Shown here piece by piece: positions 1-12,900 of a stretch of 64,000 nucleotides of DNA. Position 1 is the first letter of the stretch; each line of letters opens with the position of its first letter. Source of the DNA: Macrostomum hystrix. Its lineage: Eukaryota; Animalia; Platyhelminthes. The notes under the pieces are model-generated. The model had not been told where the DNA came from, did not search any database, and saw nothing but the letters and a program-made list of their open reading frames with translations. The stretch covers positions 7,936,001-8,000,000 of the forward strand of contig CATNEN010000039.1 in the NCBI GenBank assembly GCA_950097015.1. The letters run 5' to 3'. The translations under genes were made by a program, and so were the position numbers.

Positions 1-2865
1 CTCTGGACTCCAGCTGCCTCTCTTTGAATATTAGCTTTAGCTTCCTAACCAGCAGCGCTGACGGCATCGTGCTCTATACCGGACCCTACGGTGCGCCAGC
101 TAGCCCAACGCCCAGCCAGCGCGACTTTCTGAGCATCCACCTGGCTGCCGGCAAACTACGCGCTCGCATCGACCTTGGCTCCGGACCTGTCGATCTGATC
201 ATCGGCGGTGGTAATCGTTTAGACGATTCTCGCTGGCATCGGGTTGATCTGACTGTTGCCCCACTGGCCGGTTCTACTGCATCAGCTGGAGCCTCCTCGG
301 TGGCTCTAGTGGTTGACCAGTGCTCCGGAGCCGCTGTTGACCACGCGGCTTACATCAACGGCGGCACCTCGCCGACATTCACAAATATTTGCGCGGCTGA
401 AGCTACCGTACCCGGTCTGGGTTTAGACACAGGCGACTGGCCAGTACAGGTTCGTTGCCCTTGTTCTGCAGATCCACCTCACTACTAAGCGTTTGACTTT
501 AAATTCACGAGCTAGATGAGCTAGATTCTTAGACTTCCGAAATAAGTTGTTTGACACTGCCATTAACATTTCCATGGACTGAACAGCTGTAAAATTAGCT
601 GAACATCTGGCCCAACTAGATTCGACTGGATTTCTTTTATCTGTCTTTATTTGATTCAAAATTATCTACTGAATTGATCTGTGGGATCCCTATCATTAGG
701 CTTTTGTTTTTAAAACCCAATGCTTCTTTCTGATAGGCTGCCTTTGGAGACCGTCTCAATCCCTCACCTACGAGCGTATAAAGACTATGGGCTCGCTTGG
801 AAGCCCACCCCCTTCATGTTTCCGCTTTTTACGCAAATTTCAAGGCCTACAAAATATCCAAAAATATGCCCTCAGATCGGCGGTCGCTATCAGGCTGAGT
901 CGAGCAGTCAGTATCCAACCGGACTGCCCGCCCAGGGTGTGGTGGCCCAGCTGGCCCAGCTTCGTGTCGGCAATCGGCTCGTCGATCTAGTGGCCGACTC
1001 GCGTGCGCTTCACTCTGGCGCCATGTGGCTCTCGGCCTTAGTCGAATCCTCCTGCTTAGCTAGAGGTTGCGGCGCCAACGGTTTCTGCTGGGGTGCCATT
1101 GGCGCCTCCGCACCATTTCAATGCGACTGCCGGTCCGGCTGGGTGCAAAACTCCACTAGCGGCGCCTGCGACGTGCCGGCGCCCATCGTGCAGCTGGGCT
1201 CGAGCAGCTACATGTGGTGGCGACTGCAGGACACTTTCCTTTCCTGTGAGTCCAATTAAAATAATTTTAAGCCAATTTGGAGCACAAAATTTGCTACCTG
1301 TGTACTGAAAGTAGACTAGTTAGCGCATGTTTCACTAAAGCACTAGCCTTCCCACTACTTGCAGCCGCACCGAAGCAGTCTACCTGCCTGTCTGTACAGT
1401 TTCGCAGTCGGCAACCGAGCGGGGTGCTGCTCAGAGCCCAGGGCGCTGATCCCTACAGGCCTGCCGAGCTCACTCTGCGCCTTCGCGACAGTCGCCTAGT
1501 TGCCCAGCTCAACACCGGCGATTATGTCCTGCGCGAAGCCGTTCTTCCCAACTCCAACGTGTCGGACGGTGGACTGCATACCGTGCGCGTTTGCCGCAGC
1601 CTCCAGCTCATGATGGAGGTCATGCTGGACTCCGGCGAAGGCATCAACTATGCCTCGCTTTGGGGCAGCTTTGTCTACAACTACAATTATATCGACCTGG
1701 GCCCCAGTGTCATTGGCGGAGCATCCATTACCGTAGATACTACCGGAGCTGTGAGCGCCCTTTTTTATGATCTGACCTCATATTACTGCTCATTCACTAC
1801 CTTGAACCTGCGGCTTACCTTGCTTGATGATTCCAGGTGACAGTGCAGCCGCCGTTGGACAATCTGCAGTCCTCCTGCCTTGCTGCGCCACACCTGAATG
1901 TAGGCCTGCTGCCAGCCATGGCTTCTGCCAGCACAGCTGCAGCCAGCCTGTTCCGCAGCTCAGGTGCCTCGGTTGTCGGCCAGTGCGCCGACGCCCAAGT
2001 CGGCGTCTGTCCTGCTGGCGCCACCTGCCCTCAGAACCAGGTGTGCCTGGGCACCCTGCAGCCAGCTGGCAGTGTGGTCTGCGGTTGCCTACCCGACTGG
2101 ACCCTGCGTGGAGGAAGGTGGGTCGCGAATCCAATTTCAAGCTATTCCTCAACTTCAATCTTTGACAATTGACTGTCTCACAAAGCTTAACCCTTAATCT
2201 CCAGGTGCTACGCCAGCCCCTGTTTCCCATTGAATCCGTGCCTCAACGGCGGCTACTGCCTGCCTAGCGCCGGCGCTGGCAGTCTCGCACAGACTTGCCG
2301 CTGTCGGTCGGGCTACTCCGGCAGCCGCTGCGAGGTTTCCTCCGGGAGACCGATTTTCGCGACAGCTAGCGCCGGCATCATAGTGGCCGTTGTGCTGGGG
2401 ATCCTGGTTCTGGTCATCATTCTGGCACTGTTTGTTTGGTGGTGCCGCCGCCAGATTGGCGAGCCGCTGCTGCTGGAGCCCGACAAAGACACCAAGGAGA
2501 ATGTTGTCGCCTACGACGAGGACGGCGCCGGCGAGGAGGACACCAGGAATTTTGATCTGCAGCTGCTGCGTGTGCCGAACGGCGCCACCCTTACCAAGCG
2601 GCAGCCGGAATCGCCTCCACCGCCGCCAGTTCAGTTTGTTCAGCCGTTGTCGCGAGCGCCAGTAGACGACGAGATTGACGGACCAGCGGACGCTCTGGAA
2701 TACACACTAGACTACGGCTACGAAGGTCAAGGCAGCGAGACCGGCGATCTTAGCTCCGTGTGCAGCGGCGACAGCGATCGCAGCCAGGACTACGGCGAGC
2801 TGCACAGGTGGGGGCCGGACTTCCGGCCTGTTGCGGATCTGTACGCGCAGCCAGATCAGAAGTGA
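1..2865 (+). CDS. Non-chordate classical cadherin (N/DN-cadherin type), 3' portion: LamG-EGF-LamG-EGF-EGF-TM-cadherin cytoplasmic domain; 5' partial
   Basis: Exons <1-449, 876-1245, 1365-1750, 1837-2117, 2205-2865, all GT-AG and phase-compatible. LamG motifs (GIVLYTGP, LDDSRWHRV, VSDGGLHTV), EGF repeats (NPCLNGGYC...CRCRSGYSGSRCE), TM segment, p120-binding YDEDGAGEED and beta-catenin-binding YGYEGQGS...WGPDFRPVADLY. Confidence 0.92.
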
Positions 2866-4133
2866 CGGGAAGCTTTTAATGGTGCTTAATTATCATTTTT
2901 GGGCTATGGGCTATGTGACCTTTCCTGTTCCTTGTTAACTTCAATCACACGGGCTGTACATGCAGTTTTCTCATCATGGTGGCCTAAGCACTTTAACGTG
3001 TTTAATTTGCAGCCTGAGTAGAATTATGTAACCTGTCGCTTGCTAACATTTTGCTCTGCTACGACTGGTCAACTTTATCTGCCCGATAGACAACTTTCAA
3101 GCAAACTTGTGTGAGTTTAATAGACCTGGTAATTTTACTGCAATTTTTCGTTAAACTAAATATTTCCACATAACCATGACAGAAAAACCGATTTAGTATC
3201 AATCAGTAGCCAGTACTTTTGCACTACTTTTTAATTATCATTTATAAAGCGTGTTTGCAGTGACTCTCAGCAGTATGTTTATTGCTAATATCAATCCAAA
3301 CAAATCTACTAACCAAAAATACCGAAAATGAGAACGTTCCGCGTCAACACAGCTTCATATAGCGTTCCAGATATTATATTTACCGTGTTTTTATTAAAGG
3401 GTTTTTTAATGCATTTACAATAATATCAAGTGGCGGTCTGGTGGACATGTGTAATTACTACTTTTTCTCCTGAATTTTTTTGTAAACAAAGAAACAACAA
3501 AGTTGTGATCTCAATGAACTCGCTAGAGTTGCATAACCTCTTCTTTTACCTATTTATTTTACCTGGCTTAGTCCACTTACTAATCTGACATGTCGCAGTG
3601 ATCTCTGAGTTCGTCATGTCATTTTTATGAACAAGCATCTAACTATCGGCTCTATTAACATTTTCTTACTTATCCAGTGTCATTAGATTGTAACTGCCTT
3701 GTAATTTTCAAAGCTGGCAGCATTGTTATTAATTATTACTGCCCGCCCCTCTGGCGCCTGGGGCGACCCCAATCCCTTGAACTGTTTGCGATCAAATAAC
3801 TATTTTCTGTAATGTCTCTTTTTTATTGCGTAGAGGCCTACTGCTTCCATCTATATCATCTGATAGTGAGTCTGGTGAATAATCTGATTCCCTTTAGCAG
3901 TTTTGTTTCAATTGGCCCTCTTATCATGCAGATGCTCACTCCAGGCTGAACACACAGATGTCGGATGCTTTCTCTGCACAATGTCACGATGCCTACCCAA
4001 ATATAGAAGCTCATAAAAGATTAAAATGTATGTAGAATGCTTTGTAGTGTGTCACCCAGTGCAGTATTGGTGATCAGCTAATCGTCCAAAATTCATTGAC
4101 ATTGCCGACATTACCGGAGTTAACTTATTTTAT

Positions 4134-5333
4134 CAGTTCCATGCCACATGAAGAGTACGTGGAGTCAGTTCCATGCCACATGAAGAGTACGTGGAGTCAG
4201 TTCCATGCCACATGAAGAGTACGTGGAGTCAGTTCCATGCCACATGAAGAGTACGTGGAGTCAGTTCCATGCCACATGAAGAGTACGTGGAGTCAGTTCC
4301 ATGCCACATGAAGAGTACGTGGAGCAAGTTCCATGCCACATGAAGAGTACGTGGAGTCAGTTCCATGCCACATGAAGAGTATGTGGAGTCAGTTCCATGC
4401 CACATGAAGAGTATGTGGAGTCAGTTCCATGCCACATGAAGAGTATGTGGAGTCAGTTCCATGCCACATGAAGAGTATGTGGAGTCAGTTCCATGCCACA
4501 TGAAGAGTACGTGGAGTCAGTTCCATGCCACATGAAGAGTACGTGGAGTCAGTTCCATGCCACATGAAGAGTACGTGGAGTCAGTTCCATGCCACATGAA
4601 GAGTACGTGGAGTCAGTTCCATGCCACATGAAGAGTACGTGGAGTCAGTTCCATGCCACATGAAGAGTACGTGGAGTCAGTTCCATGCCACATGAAGAGT
4701 ACGTGGAGTCAGTTCCATGCCACATGAAGAGTACGTGGAGTCAGTTCCATGCCACATGAAGAGTACGTGGAGTCAGTTCCATGCCACATGAAGAGTATGT
4801 GGAGTCAGTTCCATGCCACATGAAGAGTTTGGAGGGCCAGTTCCATGCCACATGAAGAGTTTGGAGGGCCAGTTCCATGCCACATAAAGAGTTTGGAGGG
4901 CCAGTTCCATGCCACATGAAGAGTTTGGAGAGCCAGTTCCATGCCACATGAAGAGTATGTGGAGTCAGTTCCATGCCACATGAAGAGTACGTGGAGTCAG
5001 TTCCATGCCACATGAAGAGTATGTGGAGTCAGTTCCATGCCACATGAAGAGTATGTGGAGTCAGTTCCATGCCACATGAAGAGTACGTGGAGTCAGTTCC
5101 ATGCCACATGAAGAGTATGTGGAGTCAGTTCCATGCCACATGAAGAGTATGTGGAGTCAGTTCCATGCCACATGAAGAGTTTGGAGAGCCAGTTCCATGC
5201 CACATGAAGAGTTTGGAGGGCCAGTTCTATGCCACATGAAGAGTTTGGAGAGCCAGTTCTATGCCACATGAAGAGTTTGGAGAGCCAGTTCCATGCCACA
5301 TGAAGAGTTTGGAGAGCCAGTTCCATGCCACAT
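4134..5333. repeat. 32-bp minisatellite (CAGTTCCATGCCACATGAAGAGTACGTGGAGT)n
   Basis: Direct tandem period of 32; variant units (GAGTTTGGAGAGCC) cluster toward the 3' end. Confidence 0.97.
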
Positions 5334-6836
5334 GGTAAATTCGCATGTTTCACAGTCCCATAGCTTAGCCTTGGTCAATGCAGCACTGCTTTGTTTGTAG
5401 GGTGACGTCTAAAAGCAGTTACAAGTCGAGTGTCTGTGGGTTTAACAATGGTGCCGTTATAAAGTATTCCCTGATAGTTAGGCTAGTACTTGATGAACCC
5501 CTTACAGTACCTGATCAGTTTTCATCGGGCTAAATTTATTGGCGACTTTGATGCCGAAATCTATTCCGGGTAGTTGCGTGTTCAACCGGACTGGGGCCTC
5601 AGAGGACTGTCTGTTTTCAATTCCCATTGCCATTGGCAACGAGTGCGAGACAGTCTATACATACGTAGCCCCTGACTGCTGACTCTTGAGACCTCCTGGC
5701 AACAAACGCGTGGCAGCTGGATTGCATGACTGTCTGCGGAAATCATTTCACTCAACTTTTATGACTGGTTGGGGCACGCGATTCATTTTTATGGCTGACA
5801 AATGCTGGCTAATGCTGGCTAGTGCTCTGTATTCCATTTTCACCTGGCATTCATTCTTTTAGAAACTCTTTTGTTTATCCTCCCATGCAGCTTTTAAATC
5901 AATTTTCTATTTTTCCACCTGTATGATCATCCCATTGTGCCAGTTCCATGTAATGCTTTTCTACCTGCCGACTGCCCAGGGTTAAAAGTGGGATAAATGC
6001 GTGGGCGGCGAAATCAGGCACTGAGGGAGGGGGTTGCTGATGCTCAGCAACGTGAGGACTAATTGGAGGTAAGCTAATTTGCCGAAATCCTCAGCTAGTA
6101 GAGCTTGATCGAATTTCTCTTCCCCGATTCGCTGCCGCCATCGGTTGATCAGAGACAATCTGATCAGCAGATGGAGCACAGAAATAGCCTCATCTAAGTT
6201 TGTTTCACCTTGAAAAAGCAGTAACTTTTTTTGCATTCTCTGCGTGGCAACATGTTGGTTGTCAGGATAAACAATGCGTGGCATTTGATGCTATAAATAA
6301 ATAGAATTTATTTATTTACTCGCGGCAATGCAATAGTGGATAGAATCTGAGACAAATAATTGTCTTTAACTGACAAACAAAGGCCTTCATTGTCTGGTTA
6401 AAATTGCTTTTTAAATAGAAAGAAATGGCGTTTTCGTTTGCAGCCGAATTCTCAATTTTTTTCTCGATGAGCTCAGCCTGAGATGCTCAAAATGCGTTTT
6501 CGCGGAGATATTGGCTTGGCATAGTGAGAGACCTTTCAGATACGGAATCACCTGTTTAGTGCTAAACTATTGAAGCTATTACCTATGGCTTGCCGCATAC
6601 GGTTTTTTTTAATGCAAACCGAGTCCTTTTTTCGACCAGTAATTGAGAAGCAATTTTCTGTAAGAGAAAGCCTCGCCAACCTGCACTGAGTGGCTGATCA
6701 TCTGCGGCCAGCCAATCGGGCAGTTGCGAGGCTCTCAGCTTTGGGATAAAATGCTCATCTCCGTGTCAAACTGATGGCCAGTCGCTAACAATCCGTCAGT
6801 CACAAATCAATCAGCCAGGCACACCTGTCAGTCTCC

Positions 6837-7214
6837 ATGCCTTCAACATGCCATGCCGCACCCTGCGCCCTGCTGTTCATGCTGGTCTCTCTGCCGCTGC
6901 TGCCCTGCATCGCTGACGCTCTTGCCATAGCAACTCAGCGACGATACCTGCCGCCGAGACCCTGCAGCAGCTGGGCTCCCGCCTGCCGCAGTCAGCACTC
7001 AGCAGCTGCCGCGGCCGGCTCCGGCATAGTCAGTGCCGGGGCTCCGCCAGCCCACTTTCGTAGCGTCCACTTTCACAACTCCTGGCATCCCGGCCGCAAA
7101 AGGTCCAGGGTTCGAATCGGCGTCGAGAGTTTTAGACAGATTGATAAGCTCAGGAGGATGAGACTTCGAAACTTGACTGGTAGGTCGCCGGTTCGATGTC
7201 ATTTAAAAAAATAG
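6837..7214 (+). CDS. Putative neuropeptide precursor with GnRH/corazonin-like peptide (SVHFHNSWHP-G-RKR)
   Basis: Hydrophobic signal-peptide-like N-terminus (ALLFMLVSLPLLPCIADA), dibasic RR, and HFHNSWHPG followed by RKR (amidation Gly plus convertase site) at 7068-7103, similar to molluscan pQNYHFSNGWHPG-amide. The 3' end may be spliced at AAAAG|GT (7102/7103). Confidence 0.7.
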   Translation: MPSTCHAAPCALLFMLVSLPLLPCIADALAIATQRRYLPPRPCSSWAPACRSQHSAAAAAGSGIVSAGAPPAHFRSVHFHNSWHPGRKRSRVRIGVESFRQIDKLRRMRLRNLTGRSPVRCHLKK

Positions 7215-7218
7215 TTTT

Positions 7219-7420
7219 ATAGGTAGATGGGAAGATTGATATGTAGATAGATAAAAAGACAGGCAGATAGGTTGATAGATAGGTAGATAGACAGATATAT
7301 AGATGGATAGGAAGATAGATAGATAGATAGATAGGTTGCTAGATAGGTTGATAGATAGATAGATAGATAGATAGATAGGTAGATAGACAGATAGACAGAT
7401 AGACAGATAGATAGATAGAT
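7219..7420. repeat. Degenerate (GATA/GACA)n microsatellite
   Basis: Runs of agat/agac. Confidence 0.93.
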
Positions 7421-8104
7421 CGGCTCGAACATAACAATTATGTGAAATTTCCATTTCAGAACTGCTCATGCTTGTGTTTAACGGAGGCAACTAAAACCTC
7501 AGACTGAATCGACATCCAATGGACCAATAAAAAGTTTTCAAACAATAGATGGCTGCTGAAGAACCGGAGCCATCACGGATAGCTGCACAATAGTCAATTG
7601 ATTGTTTGCTTTGAGAAAAAAATCAACAAATTATGCCAACGATGGCAGAAAAAAATGTCGCGCTTGTTTGACGACACTCAATTCAAGAATTTCTATACCT
7701 TTATTTGATTAACATTTAAATTAATTGGCGCATCACACTACTTATGCATTGCCTTAATCAGTAGTGCTTTTCGGGTTACATTTGCCGAAAAATGTTGCTT
7801 TCAACTACTGGTGCAGTATCAATCAGCCAGATGGAAATGAAACAGAAAATTAGTTTGCGATTTCAGGTGAATATTGTCTTGGGAAATCACTTGACTATAT
7901 GAGGAACACATTCTATGCATGGCTCTAGGGAGTACACCTGTGGGCAATGGCACATCATTTAGTGACACTAGAACCCGCAGCCAACGAGGAAGCAATTCCG
8001 CCCATTCTGCTGACTCCTGAGCACACACTCACACACTGTGCACAGCTGTGCCATGGAGGTTGGCCTTCAAGGGTAAAATGCATGACAAGCCCCCAAGACA
8101 GGAA

Positions 8105-11048
8105 GTTAAGACAGGGGTGAGTTGGGACAGGGGAGAGTTGGGACAGGGGTGAGTTGGGACAGGGGTGAGTTGGGACAGGGGTGAGTTGGGACAGAGGTGA
8201 GATGAGACAGGAGTGAGTTGGGACAGGGGTGAGTTGGGACAGGGGTGAGTTGGGACAGGGGTGAGTTGGGACAGGGGTGAGTTGGGACAGGGGTGAGTTG
8301 GGACAGAGGTGAGTTGGGACAGAGGTGAGATGAGACAGGGGTGAGTTGGGACAGGGGTGAGTTGGGACAGGGGTGAGTTGGGACAGGGGTGAGTTGGGAC
8401 AGGGGTGAGTTGGGACAGGGGTGAGTTGGGACAGGGGTGAGTTGGGACAGGGGTGAGTTGGGACAGGGGTGAGTTGGGACAGGGGTGAGTTGGGACAGGG
8501 GTGAGATGAGACAGGGGTGAGTTGGGACAGGGGTGAGTTGGGACAGGGGTGAGTTGGGACAGGGGTGAGTTGGGACAGGGGTGAGTTGGGACAGGGGTGA
8601 GTTGACAGGGGTGAGTTGGGACAGGGGTGAGATGAGACAGGGGTGAGTTGGGACAGGGGTGAGATGGGACAGGGGTGAGTTGGGACAGGGGTGAGTTGGG
8701 ACAGGGGTGAGTTGGGACAGGGGTGAGTTGGGACAGGGGTGAGATGAGACAGGGGTGAGTTGGGACAGGGGTGAGATGGGACAGGGGTGAGTTGGGACAG
8801 GGGTGAGTTGGGACAGGGGTGAGATGAGACAGGGGTGAGTTGGGACAGGGGTGAGATGGGACAGGGGTGAGTTGGGACAGGGGTGAGTTGGGACAGGGGT
8901 GAGTTGGGACAGGGGTGAGTTGGGACAGAGGTGAGTTGGGACAGAGGTGAGATGAGACAGGGGTGAGTTGGGACAGGGGTGAGTTGGGACAGGGGTGAGT
9001 TGGGACAGGGGTGAGATGAGACAGGGGTGAGTTGGGATAGGGGTGAGATGGGACAGGGGTGAGTTGGGACAGGGGTTAGATGAGACAGGGGTGAGTTGGG
9101 ACAGGGGTGAGTTGGGACAGGGGTGAGTTGGGACAGGGGTGAGTTGGGACAGGGGTGAGATGAGACAGGGGTGAGTTGGGACAGGGGTGAGATGGGACAG
9201 GGGTGAGTTGGGACAGGTGTGAGATGAGACAGGGGTGAGTTGGGACAGGGGTGAGTTGGGACAGGGGTGAGTTGGGACAGGGGTGAGATGAGACAGGGGT
9301 GAGTTGGGACAGGGGTGAGTTGGGACAGGGGAGAGATGGGACAGGGGTGAGTTGGGACAGGGGTGAGTTGGGACAGGGGTGAGTTGGGACAGGGGTGAGT
9401 TGGGACAGGGGTGAGTTGGGACAGGGGTGAGTTGGGACAGGGGTGAGTTGGGACAGGGGTGAGTTAAGACAGGGGTGAGTTGGGACAGGGGTGAGATGAG
9501 ACAGGGGTGAGTTGGGACAGGGGTGAGATGGGACAGGGGTGAGTTGGGACAGGGTAGAGATGGGACAGGGGTGAGTTGGGACAGGGGTGAGTTGGGACAG
9601 GGTAGAGATGGGACAGAGGTGAGTTAAGACAGGGTTGAGATGGGACAGGGGTGAGTTGGGACAGGGGTGAGGTGGGACAGGGGTGAGTTGGGACAGGGGT
9701 GAGTTGGGACAGGGTAGAGATGGGACAGGGGTGAGTTGGGACAGGGGTGAGTTGGGACAGGGTAGAGATGGGACAGGGGTGAGTTGGGACAGGGGTGAGT
9801 TGGGACAGGGTAGAGATGGGACAGGGGTGAGTTAAGACAGGGTTGAGATGGGACAGGGGTGAGTTGGGACAGGGGTGAGTTGGGACAGGGGTGAGTTGGG
9901 ACAGGGGTGAGTTGGGACAGGGGAGAGATGGGACAGGGGTGAGTTGGGACAGGGGAGAGATGGGACAGGGGTGAGTTGGGACAGGGGTGAGTTGGGACAG
10001 GGTAGAGATGGGACAGGGGTGAGTTGGGACAGGGGTGAGTTGGGACAGGGTAGAGATGGGACAGGGGTGAGTTGGGACAGGGTAGAGATGGGACAGGGGT
10101 GAGTTGGGACAGGGGAGAGATGAGACAGGGGTGAGATGAGACAGGGGTGAGATGGGACAGGGGTGAGTTGGGACAGGGGTGAGTTGGGACAGGGGTGAGT
10201 TAAGACAGGGGTGAGTTGGGACAGGGGAGAGATGAGACAGGTGTGAGATGAGACAGGGGTGAGATGGGACAGGGGTGAGTTGGGACAGGGGTGAGTTGGG
10301 ACAGGGGTGAGTTGGGACAGGGTAGAGATGAGACAGGTGTGAGATGAGACAGGGGTGAGATGGGACAGGGGTGAGTTGGGACAGGTGTGAGATGAGACAG
10401 GGGTGAGATGAGACAGGGGTGAGTTGGGACAGGGGAGATATGAGACAGGGGTGAGATGAGACAGGGGTGAGATGAGACAGGGGTGAGATGAGACAGGGGT
10501 GAGATGAGACAGGGGTGAGATGAGACAGGGGTGAGATGAGACAGGGGTGAGTTGAGACAGGGTGAGTTGGGACAGGGGTGAGTTGGGACAGGGGAGATAT
10601 GAGACAGGGGTGAGATGAGACAGGGGTGAGATGAGACAGGGGTGAGATGAGACAGGGGTGAGATGAGACAGGGGTGAGATGAGACAGGGGTGAGATGAGA
10701 CAGGGGTGAGTTGGGACAGGGGTGAGTTGGGACAGGGTAGAGATGAGACAGGGGTGAGATGGGACAGGGTAGAGATGAGACAGGTGTGAGATGAGACAGG
10801 GGTGAGATGGGACAGGGGTGAGTTGGGACAGGTGTGAGATGAGACAGGGGTGAGATGAGACAGGGGTGAGTTGGGACAGGGGAGATATGAGACAGGGGTG
10901 AGATGAGACAGGGGTGAGATGAGACAGGGGAGATATGAGACAGGGGTGAGATGAGACAGGGGTGAGATGAGACAGGGGTGAGATGAGACAGGGGTGAGAT
11001 GAGACAGGGGTGAGATGAGACAGGGGTGAGTTGAGACAGGGTGAGTTG
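8105..11048. repeat. 16-bp G-rich minisatellite (GGGACAGGGGTGAGTT grading to GAGACAGGGGTGAGAT)n
   Basis: About 2.9 kb tandem period of 16 with strong G-strand bias. Confidence 0.97.
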
Positions 11049-11542
11049 CTGACCGGAGTTCGTTGAAATCTGACACACCGAATCGTATTTTTAGTTAAGT
11101 TGAAAAATTTATTATAATAAAGGAAGTTTTACACGTGACGATGTATTATTTCTCAATATAATCTTAATGCGATATTGCTTTACAGAAAAAAAATTAAAAA
11201 GTTCATTACTATTTTTATATTTTGATTGTTGATGTAGTATATCGGACCAATGAGCAGAAACGCTTTGTCAAGAGGAAACATAAAACGTTCTAATGGACAG
11301 AACGCTAATTAAACTAATTAGACATAAAATTTAAGAGATTTAAACCATTGTTATGGAATAACTTGATAATAAATATATATAGCGTTTTGCATTCAGTTCA
11401 AGAATGTTTGCGTCCAATCCAAGGATTTCACATTTCAGAGCTTTTAAATCGACTTTTTACTCCAGGAAAGGATGGATAATAATATCGTTGAACACCCCTC
11501 CTAAACCCTGACCCAAACAGACTAGTTTACAAACATGTACAC

Positions 11543-11610
11543 CAGGAGTCGGTAAACTTTTTTTTGCTAGCGGGCAAAACCTAGAAGACGGCAGCGGGCC
11601 GCATTGACTG
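11543..11610 (+). mobile_element. hAT/Charlie-like non-autonomous transposon left end (degenerate)
   Basis: CAGGAGTCGGTAAACTTTTT...GCGGGCCGCAT resembles the CAGGGGTCGGCAAACTTTTT...GCGGGCCGCAT termini of Charlie-type hAT elements; immediately precedes a 16-bp array. Confidence 0.45.
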
Positions 11611-11619
11611 TAGAAATAT

Positions 11620-12660
11620 GAGATAGGAGAGATGAGATAGGAGAGATGAGACACAGGAGAGATGAGACACAGGAGAGATGGAAGACACGGCAAAGATGAG
11701 ACACAGGAGAGATGAGACATGTGAGAGATGAGACACGGGAGAGATGAGACACAGGAGAGATGAGACACAGGAGAGATGGAAGACACGGCAGAGATGAGAC
11801 ACAGGAGAGATGAGACACGGGAGAGATGAGACACAGGAGAGATGAGACACGGCAGAGATGAGACACGGGAGAGATGAGACACCGGAGAGATGAGACAAGG
11901 GAGAGATGAGACGCTGGAGAGATAAGACTAGGGAAAGGTGAGACACGGCAGAGATGAGACACAGGAGAGATGAGAAAAGGGAGAGATGAGACACGGGAGA
12001 GATGAGACAAGGGAGAGATGAGACACGGCAGAGATGAGACACAGGAGAGATGAGACACGGGAGAGATGAGACACAGGAGAGATGAGACACGGCAGAGATG
12101 AGACACGGGAGAGATGAGACACGGGAGAGATGAGACAAGGGAGAGATGAGACGCTGGAGAGATAAGACTAGGGAAAGGTGAGACACGGCAGAGATGAGAC
12201 ACAGGAGAGATGAGACAAGGGAGAGATGAGACACGGCAGAGATGAGACACGGGAGAGATGAGACACGGGAGAGATGAGACACGGGAGAGATGAGACACGG
12301 CAGAGATGAGACACGGGAGAGATGAGACACGGGAGAGATGAGACACGGCAGAGATGAGACACGGCAGAGATGAGACACGGGAGAGATGAGACACGGGAGA
12401 GATGAGACAAGGGAGAGATGAGACACGGCAGAGATGAGACACAGGAGAGATGAGACATAGGAGAGATGGAAGACACGGGAGAGATGAGACACGGCAGAGA
12501 TGAGACACAGGAGAGATGATACATGGGAGAGATGAGACACGGGAGAGATGAGACACGGGAGAGATGAGACGCTGGAGAGATGAGACACGGGAGAGATGAG
12601 ACACGGGAGAGATGAGACACGGGATGGGTGAGACACGGGAGAGATGACACATGGGAGAGA
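11620..12660. repeat. 16-bp minisatellite (GGAGAGATGAGACACG)n
   Basis: Tandem period of 16 sharing the GAGATGAGACA core with the 8105-11048 array. Confidence 0.96.
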
Positions 12661-12774
12661 ATACACCGAGACGTGGAGAAAGAGAGAATTAAATGTTATC
12701 AAAACAAGCCCAAAGGACATTCCGCAAAAGCCATTCTCTTGCTCAAAGGTCCCGGTGATCCAATTCCTTTGGCC

Positions 12775-12900
12775 CACGAAGAGATCTCAAACGAGCGATA
12801 CGAACTGGTCAATACGATTGAGAGAGGAACTCAAATCCGCGAGATTGCTGACACGTTTGGGGGTCAAACAGGTTACTGCCTACAACATTCATTCCACTCT
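12775..12900 (+). mobile_element. Possible degenerate Tc1/mariner-like transposase N-terminal HTH fragment
   Basis: EISNERYELVNTIERGTQIREIADTFG joined across a frameshift in a G5 run to VKQVTAYNI gives an HTH-like pattern; no catalytic domain seen. Confidence 0.35.

Noticed and set aside
4134-5333. CRISPR-like appearance of 28-46-bp repeats here and elsewhere
   Set aside because: Units are head-to-tail with no unique spacers, no cas genes, and the context is eukaryotic.
9832-12777. Long Ser/Leu/Pro/His/Cys ORFs on the minus strand
   Set aside because: Translations of 16-bp minisatellites, open in multiple frames.
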